Positions 39,296 to 50,276 of a DNA stretch of 64,000 nt are shown piece by piece. The notes below the pieces were generated by a model. The model had not been told where the DNA came from and ran no database searches. It saw only the letters and a list, made by a program, of their open reading frames with translations. Source of the DNA: Phoronis australis (Eukaryota; Animalia; Phoronida); the NCBI GenBank assembly GCA_002633005.1, contig NMRA01000262.1:6902-70901 (forward strand). Reading direction: 5' to 3'. Every line of letters begins with the position of its first letter. The stretch's first letter is position 1. Both the position numbers and the translations under genes were made by a program.

Positions 39296-40176
39296 TGTTT
39301 AAAGCAGTCGTGTGATTCATGGCCAGCCATCTTCCACTTTTATAATTCTTCAAACCTTCTAGCTTATTAGTTATGATATCCAGTTTTACTCACGAACCAC
39401 ATGGGTCTTTTCACTTTATCAACATTCTTTTCATATGAACTCAGTTCTTTTCTCACAGGCTGCATTTTTCTCGCACATCTCATTCCTAACAAATACAAGT
39501 TTTCGTGAGAAAAAGGGGATGTTCTTTGATAAAGAACTGTGATTCATGAGAAAAGAAATGTATCTAAGAAATTGTTTGCTGTGTATGAGGAAAGAAATGC
39601 AGTTTGTAAAAAAGGAATTGCATTGCCAAGAAAAACGCTTTTAGTGAGAACACTGATGTAGTCAGGGTGACTGTGGTTGCCAGGTCTATCATCTACCCAA
39701 TAGATGTCACCACTGGTAAGGATTAGTAGTGGTCATTGCACCGATCACTTGTTGATGTTTGTGGTAGGCATGGTCACTGGTGAAGATATTTGGCAGTTTT
39801 ACTTTGCCACTCACTAATTCCCATTTTGAGTCGGAGTGTCTTTAAAGATTCCTTACAAATGATTGAATATACATATTTAGTAGCGCTGCACACCCAAGAA
39901 TTGCTGTATATCAATAGTAATTGAGAAAGTACTGGCAAACTTTCCGTTGGAAAAGTACCAGTTTCCGTGTTTTGAGAATATGAGCATGCCTCACTGTCGA
40001 TGGTGGGAAAGCAGGACAGGTGTCTGGGGCATCTCTAGTCTTTAAATATCAGTTTGGATGAAAGCAGACTATCCACAATAATCAGTTTACGCTTTGGTGA
40101 GAGAGAGGTTGAGGCTTTTTGCATACGCAAATTGACAACATAAAATTGGCTTTGATTATTGTGGAGGTTCTTATAT

Positions 40177-40343
40177 TTGACATGGCTTTACATGGTCCTT
40201 GACAGGGGTTTACATGGTCCTTGACGGGGGTTTACGTGGTCCTTGACGGGGGTTTACGTGGTCCTTGACGGGGGTTTACATGGTTCTTGACGGGGGTTTA
40301 CATGGTCCTTGACGGGGGTTTACATGGTCCTTGACGGGGGTTT
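40177..40343. repeat. 22-bp minisatellite (left block)
   Basis: Unit GGTTTACATGGTCCTTGACGGG. Confidence 0.9.
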
Positions 40344-40484
40344 CAGGGCATGGAATTTTCCTCTTTTAAGAGGATTTCCTCTTTTTTGTTTGGATTTCCT
40401 CTTATTTGATTTCCAGTTTCCTCTTTTGTCGTCTCTTTTTTATTTGGTTAGGGTAGTGCCGTTGAATCTCAGAATTGGCGACCA

Positions 40485-42256
40485 TTTTTATGCGCCCACA
40501 TATTTATTCAAATACTGGTGTGCCCCCTAGTGGCAATTTTAGTTTTTATGCGCCCACATATTTATATGTGGACTCATTATGCCGACATCTCCGTCCGTCC
40601 ATCCGTCATGGCGGCGTCCGTCCGGCGTCCGCTGTTTTATCTCCAAAACCCTTTGACATACGTTCATGAAATTTGGCACATGTGTTCCATTCATGAATGG
40701 GACAACATGTGCGAACTTTCGGACGGATCCGACTATCGGTGTGCCCCCTAGTGGCAATTTTAGTTTTTTACGCTTACCTTTGTATCTTCAAAAGTCCTGA
40801 ACGGATTTTCATGAAATTAGGTATATAGGCACGTATTAGTGAGATGACGCTATCCTCCCGTTTTCAGGTGGATTCGACATAGTTTGCGCCACGTAGTGGC
40901 CATTTTTACTGTTTTCGAGTCTGTATTTTTGCGTCCACCCCTCTATCAACCAAACCACTCAAAGGATGATTGTGAAAATTGGTGTGTATGTGCTTACTAT
41001 AAAGGGGACAGCTGACAATGATTTTCAGACGATTTAGACTACTGTGGCGCCTCCTACTGGCAGATGTTTTTTTTTGTGCCTATGGCTGTTTCTCCTAAAC
41101 CGTTGGCAGGATCTTTACGAAATTTAATAAGTGTATTTATATTATGTTAACAACAGACGATGACGACTTTTGGACGGATCCGCTTACCAGTGTGCCCCCT
41201 AGTGGCAATTTTATTTTTTACGTTTACCTCTGTATCTTCACAAGTCCTTAATGGATTTTCATGAAATTTGGTATGTAGGCACGTATTAGTGCGATGACGC
41301 TATCCTCCCGTTTTCGGATGGATTCAACCTAGTTTGCGACACCCAATGGCCATTTTTACTGTTTTTGAGTCTGTTTTTGGCATCCACCCCTCTATCAACC
41401 AAACCGCTCAAAAGATGATAGTGAAAATTGGCATGTATGTGCTTACTATAAAGAGGACGGTTGACGATGATTTTCCGACGATTTTGACTATTGTGGCGCC
41501 TCCTAGTGGCAGTTTTGTTTTTGTTGCGCCTATGGTTGTGTCTCCTAAACCGTTCGCAGGATCTTTACTTAATTTAGCAAGTGTATTTATATGATGTTGA
41601 CTACGGATGATGACGACTTTCGGACAGATCTGACTAGTGGCAATTTTAGTTTTTTACGTTTAACTCGATATCTTCAAAGGTCCTCAATAGATTTTCATAA
41701 AATTTTAAATATAGGCATCTATTGGTGTGATGACGCTTTTTTCCTGTTTTTGGATGGAATCGAGGTATTTTGCACCACCTAGTGGCCATTTTTGCTGTTT
41801 TCAAATCTTGTTTTTGGTGTCTACCCCAATTCATTTGAAAATTGGCATATATGTTCTCAGTGTGAAGATGACCTTTGATAGTGGTGACTGACTACTGTGG
41901 TGCCTCCTTGTGGTAGTTTTGTTTTGCGCCCATAGTTGTATCTCCTAAACCCACTGCAGGATCTTTATTAAATTTAGTAAGTGTATTTATATGAAGATAA
42001 CAAACGACGACGACTTTCAGGCGGATCCAACGGACACTGTGCCCACTAGTGGCAATTTCATTTTATTCTGTTTTCCTTTGTTTCTTTGTAGTTCCTTGAC
42101 AGATTTTTATGAAATAGGGCATTTCCTGTTTTTGGATGGATTGTATGTTTTTGCGCCATATATTGGCCATTTTTATGATACAAATAAATAACCCTAAAAC
42201 AATACCATTTGCAATGCATTCGTGGGCGCATTTCAACGCTCTGCGTTGCTCTTGTT
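40485..42256. mobile_element. Helentron/HINE(DINE-1)-like element with internal ~450-bp tandem repeats
   Basis: 5' TTTTTATGCGCCCAC, a (CCGT)n tract at ~40590-40630, ~3.5 internal units (40741->41192 = 451 bp), and a 3' subterminal GTGGGCGCAT plus hairpin CAACGC-TCT-GCGTTG. Confidence 0.7.
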
Positions 42257-42401
42257 ATCATTATTTTCACTTTATTTTTCGCAAAAATGTTTATTTCAGT
42301 TAAATTTTACAACACAAAGATTTCTACTGCACAAGCTTATTTGTGGAACAATGCATCACCTGGAAAATTTTATTCTTTTTGACATTGGTCATTCCAAGCC
42401 A

Positions 42402-42850
42402 TTGACATGGGTTTAAATGGTCCTTGACATGGGTTTACGAGGTTCTTGACGAGGGTTTAAATGGTCCTTGATGGGAGTTCACATGATTCTTGACAGGAGT
42501 TTACATGGTCCTTAACTGGGATTAATATGATCCTTGACATGGGTTCACATGGTCCTTGATATGGGTTTACATGGTCCTAGACGGGGTTTACATGGTCCGT
42601 GACTTCAGTTAATATGGTCCTTGATATGGGTTTAGATGATCCTTGACATGAGCTTACATGGCCCTTGATGGTGTTAATATGGTCGTTAACGGGCTTTTAC
42701 GTGATCCTTGACATGGGTTTACATGGTCCTTGACATGGGTTTGCTTGGTCCTTGACATGGGTTTTGGATGGTCTTTGACGGGGCATATATGATATTTGAC
42801 GGGGGTCTGTGACATGTGTTTACGTGGTCCTTGTCGGAGGTTTACATGAT
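42402..42850. repeat. 22-bp minisatellite (right, more diverged block)
   Basis: Same consensus (GGTTTACATGGTCCTTGAC...) as 40177-40343. Confidence 0.85.
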
Positions 42851-43043
42851 TCAAACACTTCTTGGTAGTGTCTGGCATGATGCAGTCAGTTTACATCACT
42901 TCTTATCTCAAAAAATTGTTGCACTTGCAGCAAGAGAGGCGGTGGATATTGTTGTGTACGCTCATTAAATGGAGATAACTGAATTGTTAATGTGTGTTTA
43001 TCTTGGTAACTACCCACTGTTAAAATAGCTTATTGATATGGAA

Positions 43044-43151
43044 ATACCAATATCAGATATGATATACCAATATCAGATATGATATACCGATATCAGATAT
43101 GATATACCAATATCAGGTATGATATACCAATATCAGATATGATATACCAAT
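43044..43151. repeat. 20-bp tandem repeat, ~5 copies
   Basis: Unit GATATACCAATATCAGATAT. Confidence 0.9.
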
Positions 43152-43887
43152 GTTTTGTTGACTATGGTGTGTAGGCAGTGTTCAATGACTATTTCTCCAG
43201 AAACAAGTAAAACAATTATTTCCTTTTAGCTTATCAACCCTAAGAAGGCTAATGAAATAAACTTTTACTTCAATTTGCCACTCTGCACCTGACAGAGAGT
43301 AGAAAATCAATATATTTGCCCTTGCTGACCCTAACTTTGATTTGTTTTGGGGCCTCTTTCACCATAGATTGCTGTCATCTCTTAGTGATCCTAACCAGGC
43401 TCTACCTGGCTGGTATTAGCACATACCATCTTTGTAACCCTTGGATACTTCAGTATGATATCAGCACATACCATTCTGGTAACCCTGGATACTTCAGTAT
43501 GATATCATTCACATACCGTTCTCATAACCCTGGATACTTCAGTAGTTTGTTAGAACTCCTCACCTAGTGTGTTACTTCCTGTTTGTTGACCTCAGCTTGT
43601 GACCCTTTAGTGCATTTAACGCCAAGCTTTTTCTAAGTGTGTTTTGAAATCTGTTTTAGCAGAGATACTTTTCTTACCATTGTCTATTAAGTATTTCAAA
43701 AGTGTGATTTTCCATAACCAGTTGCATTAAAAGAGTGTGTTTTCTGAAAAGGACTGTGGAAATCAACAACTGAAAATAATGTTATACAAATCCTTTTTTC
43801 CTCTTGGAATATCTGCCTAACTTGCTTTTTGCCATACATTGGGTCATACATATTCTACTAACCAAGTTTCATTAACCTTTCTCACAG

Positions 43888-44035
43888 CACATCTAGGGTA
43901 GACTCGGGCGCGTACAATGCGCGGGACAGCTCCAGAGAACCGTATTACACGCGGTCGAGAGATAACTTAAGAGATAGCCGTGATCATAGCCCTTGTTCCA
44001 CCAACAAGTATAGGTCCAATTATTCTACACTGTCA
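43888..44035 (+). CDS. CDC14: CDC14 exon 15 (TSRVDSGAYNARDSSREPYY...KYRSNYSTLS), frame-switching exon
   Basis: tcacag|C ACA...TCA|gtaagt, 148 nt, phase 2->0. Open frame, CpG-richer than the flanking intron. Confidence 0.82.
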
Positions 44036-44357
44036 GTAAGTGGGTTTTGTGTTGAAATCTCCAATCTCAGCCATTACGTGACGAACTTGAAGTTGATAAC
44101 CAGCATGGCATTATAGTGTGGTTTGGTATGGAGTTACGTTAGATTTAAAGCTTTGTCAGAGCCATGCTGTGTGAAGCATGCTTTTATGTTGTCCAGTGTA
44201 ACAGTGTTGTGTGTTGGACGTGCGTGTGTTACCAATGCAGGCATTTTCAGGATGGAGAAACAATTCTGTGTCTGGATCCCTGTTCCGCTTAGTCCAGTGG
44301 ACTCGACACTGAAAATTCCTGTGCCTGGACTTAAAAGCTCTGTGACTGGTTCTTGTA

Positions 44358-46226
44358 AATCCATTGGCTTGACTCTCTGAACATGACTATGGGAGATCAA
44401 ATCCATTGGCTTGACTCTCTCAACATGACTATGGGAGATCAAATCCATTGGCTTGACTCTCTCAACATGACTATGGGAGATCAAATCCATTGGCTTGACT
44501 CTCTCAACATGACTATGGGAGATCAAATCCATTGGCTTGACTCTCTCAACATGACTATGGGAGATCAAATCCATTGGCTTGACTCTCTCAACATGACTAT
44601 GGGAGATCAAATCCATTGGCTTGACTCTCTCAACATGACTATGGGAGATCAAATCCATTGGCTTGACTCTCTCAACATGACTATGGGAGATCAAATCCAT
44701 TGGCTTGACTCTCTCAACATGACTATGGGAGATCAAATCCATTGGCTTGACTCTCTCAACATGACTATGGGAGATCAAATCCATTGGCTTGACTCTCTCA
44801 ACATGACTATGGGAGATCAAATCCATTGGCTTGACTCTCTCAACATGACTATGGGAGATCAAATCCATTGGCTTGACTCTCTCAACATGACTATGGGAGA
44901 TCAAATCCATTGGCTTGACTCTCTCAACATGACTATGGGAGATCAAATCCATTGGCTTGACTCTCTCAACATGACTATGGGAGATCAAATCCATTGGCTT
45001 GACTCTCTCAACATGACTATGGGAGATCAAATCCATTGGCTTGACTCTCTCAACATGACTATGGGAGATCAAATCCATTGGCTTGACTCTCTCAACATGA
45101 CTATGGGAGATCAAATCCATTGGCTTGACTCTCTCAACATGACTATGGGAGATCAAATCCATTGGCTTGACTCTCTCAACATGACTATGGGAGATCAAAT
45201 CCATTGGCTTGACTCTCTCAACATGACTATGGGAGATCAAATCCATTGGCTTGACTCTCTCAACATGACTATGGGAGATCAAATCCATTGGCTTGACTCT
45301 CTCAACATGACTATGGGAGATCAAATCCATTGGCTTGACTCTCTCAACATGACTATGGGAGATCAAATCCATTGGCTTGACTCTCTCAACATGACTATGG
45401 GAGATCAAATCCATTGGCTTGACTCTCTCAACATGACTATGGGAGATCAAATCCATTGGCTTGACTCTCTCAACATGACTATGGGAGATCAAATCCATTG
45501 GCTTGACTCTCTCAACATGACTATGGGAGATCAAATCCATTGGCTTGACTCTCTCAACATGACTATGGGAGATCAAATCCATTGGCTTGACTCTCTCAAC
45601 ATGACTATGGGAGATCAAATCCATTGGCTTGACTCTCTCAACATGACTATGGGAGATCAAATCCATTGGCTTGACTCTCTCAACATGACTATGGGAGATC
45701 AAATCCATTGGCTTGACTCTCTCAACATGACTATGGGAGATCAAATCCATTGGCTTGACTCTCTCAACATGACTATGGGAGATCAAATCCATTGGCTTGA
45801 CTCTCTCAACATGACTATGGGAGATCAAATCCATTGGCTTGACTCTCTCAACATGACTATGGGAGATCAAATCCATTGGCTTGACTCTCTCAACATGACT
45901 ATGGGAGATCAAATCCATTGGCTTGACTCTCTCAACATGACTATGGGAGATCAAATCCATTGGCTTGACTCTCTCAACATGACTATGGGAGATCAAATCC
46001 ATTGGCTTGACTCTCTCAACATGACTATGGGAGATCAAATCCATTGGCTTGACTCTCTCAACATGACTATGGGAGATCAAATCCATTGGCTTGACTCTCT
46101 CAACATGACTATGGGAGATCAAATCCATTGGCTTGACTCTCTCAACATGACTATGGGAGATCAAATCCATTGGCTTGACTCTCTCAACATGACTATGGGA
46201 GATCAAATCCATTGGCTTGACTCTCT
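44358..46226. repeat. 42-bp tandem array, ~44 essentially identical copies
   Basis: Unit AATCCATTGGCTTGACTCTCTCAACATGACTATGGGAGATCA. Ends at a single-N contig join (46227). Confidence 0.97.
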
Positions 46227-46227
46227 N

Positions 46228-46387
46228 ACTCAGTTGGGCAGATTGTTCCATATTACATGATAATACAGCACACTCAGTGGGGCAGATTGTTCCATATTAC
46301 ATGATAATTCAGCACACTCAGTTGGGCAGATTGTTCCATATTACATGATAATACAGCACACTCAGTTGGGCAGATTGTTCCATATTG
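46228..46387. repeat. 44-bp tandem repeat, ~3.6 copies
   Basis: Unit ACTCAGTTGGGCAGATTGTTCCATATTACATGATAATACAGCAC. Confidence 0.9.
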
Positions 46388-46703
46388 CTTACATTGTCAC
46401 ACAATTATAATGCACTTTGACCTGTCCTGTGTCATAGGTCAAAGACTGCTTTCTCTCGCCATATGTTAGGTCGTCTGGCAAAGACCTGATTTGTTTGTGG
46501 CCTGAAAGTTGTCACTAGGAACCTATTGTTGACCTGACATGCTTTAGGCGAGCGAATCAAGTCTAGTCACAGAGATCCATTGATTGAATAAAAAAATTAC
46601 AATTACGATCAGATTCATTTCATTAGCACTGCTTGTCTATTTTTGCCTACGTGCATTTGAAGCATGTGGCTTGTAACTATATTAAGCTATTTTTCTTTCT
46701 CAG

Positions 46704-46752
46704 TCGCTCCGCAACTCATACACGAACTACTAGATCTACAGTGCTGCGATGA
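46704..46752 (+). CDS. CDC14: CDC14 terminal exon, coding in two frames: SLRNSYTNY* (stop 46733, after exon 15) or RSATHTRTTRSTVLR* (stop 46752, after exon 14)
   Basis: Strong acceptor tttttctttctcag|TCG. Both frames give CDC14-like C-termini, followed by an AT-rich 3'UTR-like region. Confidence 0.8.
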
Positions 46753-47394
46753 TGCCCTCTTGTGGTGTTCCCAATGGCACGTCTGTGATTCTACCACCCT
46801 CTCCATACAACAAGTGGTGTTTACCTTGTGGTGCAAACAAGTGACGGTGTTTACTGTTTTACCCTGACCAGATTTCTACTGTGCTGCCCCCTTGTGTGCA
46901 CCCGTATATTTATACTATGTTTCATATGTTCTTATGGTTAGAATACAACAAGTCAGTTATAAATAACAGTGTTAGTGTGAGTGTTACGGGTATTTATTAA
47001 CTGTAGTTTGTTAATATGAAAAACAATTGAGGTTGTTAATGTGGTTCTTGAGACTGATTCAATTATATAACTGTCAGATGATAATGCACTGTTTGGTCAC
47101 AAATTTATTTCCATTGGTGTAACACTTAAATACTACCCTTGACTTACTGTCTGCATGTCTGATAGTAAAATATTTTGATAACTGTTTCATGTATCTGCAT
47201 ATTTATGTTTATCTTGGAATGAAAAGTTATACTGCTTATGCTACGGTAAGGGTGATTCTTTGTGTGATTTTTTTACATCTGGTACTGTATCCTTTATGGT
47301 TTGGTGAACTTAGACACTTTGACCTTGACATTTGATCTTTGACCTAAGATTATGATCTCACTGGACATGTCTTTAGTTTGATACCCTGTTTTTC

Positions 47395-47400
47395 AATAAA
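47395..47400 (+). terminator. Candidate polyadenylation signal for CDC14
   Basis: First AATAAA downstream of the stop codons (~650 nt). The UTR may extend further. Confidence 0.3.
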
Positions 47401-49117
47401 TTATGACTATTAATTAACTCACTGGAGGTCCTTGTGGAAATTATATTGTTTTAATATTAACAGTTTTTGAACATCAGAATCTTTTAAGAACTCGAAAACT
47501 TTTATTCTGGTCAACGCATGCCTGCAATTTTCTTGTTCAGCATTATTTTGCATTTGATTACACGTGCAAGTGTGAAGCATTTGTCTCAACTGATGTCTTT
47601 GTGTGTGTTATTGAAGAGCGTTGCACTTTCACCTGATTGCAGCAATAATGATGCGGAGTGGTAATGTTTTTAAATCAACATTTTAGCAACTGTTGCTTGT
47701 CTTTGTATATAAAGCGTATTTAGATTTTTGAATAAGATTATTTTTGTACGTTTGCTCTGTATTGTCTACTAAATTTTAGATACTATTTTAAGAGAACATT
47801 ACATGGCGTACAAGCTTAGATATGAAAAGTGAGCTGTTGTATTGGCGTTGAAATCATCTCCCTGCAGTGTTCTGCGTATTGACTTTAAACTCATTGACAA
47901 CCTTATTTTTGTAAATTTTTATGCATGCAGATAAAATGAATTTAAAGACATCTGTCGCTTGTGATTGGCCTTTGGCATGATGTAATCTAAATAGATTTTT
48001 AAACTGCGTAGTTACAGTAAAGTTTATTCAAATTCAAACTAAAAATGCTGTAATTTTTATTTTTCAAATGCTCATACTGCATAGCTAAATAATTGTGTGT
48101 TAGTTGATGACAGCTGTTCAATACAAGCTGTGCTTATGGTGATGTCAATTTTTCTTCCTATATTATATTTTGTTGATAAATCTGATCAAATTTTGCCATT
48201 CTGCTATATTCTATTCTAAACTGGGGAAGCATTAAAGACAACTGTTTGTCCATGGAAATTTGTGCTTCTAGATCTAGGCCTTGGTGTAATTGTATGGACA
48301 TGCTACCTCTTTAGAGCTACTTAACAGCTCAGAGGATTTTCATTACTCTAGACTGTTTATAGATGGCGCTGTGCGTGGCTATAATTGATAAACATGTATC
48401 CTGTCCATGTTTTACTTTGGGCTGAAATTGAGTGTGCTCTAGTTCAGCAAATCCTGTTTACAAAAGTGCTTTGATCAGAGAGGGCTCAGCGTTTTGTCAA
48501 AAAAAATTCACATACTTAGTTATTTTAATTTGTTAATTTGCACAATTTTCAAGAATACATTACTGTGTTGAATTTCTTGTACACTTGTTTATCAACCACA
48601 AGTGAATACAGGTGAATACAGGTGAATACAGGTGAATACAGGTGAATACAGGTGTAAAAATATCAAAGTTCTTGCTATCTTCGTTTTCTTAATTTTTTGG
48701 AAGTGGAAACGTCAGGGATTCTGAATGTTGTTTGTTACCAATCTGCCATTGTTTTTTTTTTCACCTCTACATTCATAACAAAACAACTGGTCTTAATGAA
48801 ACTACTTTCATTTGAAAATTTCATATAGGGTTAGGATTTTTATTATTTGTTTCTAATGCTCGAAACCAGGTATATTAATTTACAAAAAGAGCCCCTCGAT
48901 GAAAAACTGAACTCGTAATGGTAGATGTCTTGGTAAACGAAAAATGTACGTCGAATTGAGTATGATAGATAAATAATGATCTTGAAAAGTGTCGTTGAAA
49001 TTTTCGAAATTCGTGTTCCTGACCACGTGATGGAAACAAAACGTCAAATGACATGAAATGAAGGAATCTGATGAGGAATTGCATTTTGAAAACAACCCTA
49101 GACTCGCCCGTGCAGTN

Positions 49118-49463
49118 GCTACTTAACAGCTCAGAGGATTTTCATTACTCTAGACTGTTTATAGATGGCGCTGTGCGTGGCTATAATTGATAAACATGTA
49201 TCATGCTCGAAACCAGGTATATTAATTTACAAAGAGAGCCCCTCAATGAAAAACTGAACTCGTAATGGTAGATGTCTTGGTAAACGAAAAATGTACGTCG
49301 AATTGAGTATGATAGATAAATAATGATCTTGAAAAGTGTCGTTGAAATTTTCGAAATTCGTGTTCCTGACCACGTGATGGAAACAAAACGTCAAATGACA
49401 TGAAATGAAGGAATCTGATGAGGAATTGCATTTTGAAAACAACCCTAGACTCGCCCGTGCAGT
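49118..49463. other. Haplotype/contig-overlap duplicate of 48316-49116 lacking 455 bp
   Basis: Starts right after a single N (49117) and is near identical to 48316-48400 plus 48856-49116. Confidence 0.85.
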
Positions 49464-50276
49464 CGAACGTTTATCTGCCGTAACCACGTTTTGATCGAAC
49501 GTTAAAATTTTTTAACAACTACAAGTGTGAGACTGTGGTGCAAGATAAATCAGTAAACTTGTTTTGTCAAAATTAAGGGCACAGTCTGAGCCTTGCGTCT
49601 GCCAGCAGAACTCGTTATCGATACTGGATTAGAGTGACAACTTAGTAACCTTGAACCTTGCTCTGTAGAAACAAAAATCTCCAAGCAGTTTAAGGTTGTG
49701 CTGTATGAAGCGCCAAACGGTTATTGACTTTCTGCGCGTTGAAACTGGGTGCTTTATCAATGCGCAGATTTGCTTGTCAGTCAACGCGCTGAATAGTCCT
49801 TAAATGGTCATCTTTCTGCTTTCGTTGTACTAGTTTACGTAAAAGGATACCAAACCCGGTTTTGGACTAGCCAGTACTGACGGCCTTTCCATCCAGTTGG
49901 AACTAAATAATGCTCTGTAACCCTCAACCCTGTTTGGAGTAAAATTTGTAAATTCCTTTCAAAGTCACGGGCAAGCGTGACCTACGCTTTTAGCGAATTA
50001 CATGCACGTTGGAAAAGACCAGCCACAAGAACCATAATGTAAATAACATGCACACGACAAGTGTTGGAAAAGACCAGCCACAAGAACCATAATGTGAATT
50101 ACATGCACACAAGTGTTGGAAAGGACCATTCACAAGAACCATAATGTTCAATCTTGTAACAGGAAGTGCAAGTTATATTGTTAATTACTAACTTTAACTT
50201 GGAACATTGACGCCTAAGCTGCATTAGCAGGTTACGAACAAGGATTCGAGTGGAAATCACTAAAGCAAGGAAACTT

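Noticed and set aside
44134-46260. 705-aa and 625-aa ORFs; possible CRISPR-like array
   Set aside because: Both ORFs are translations of a 42-bp tandem repeat in an intron. The units abut with no spacers, there are no cas genes, and the context is eukaryotic.
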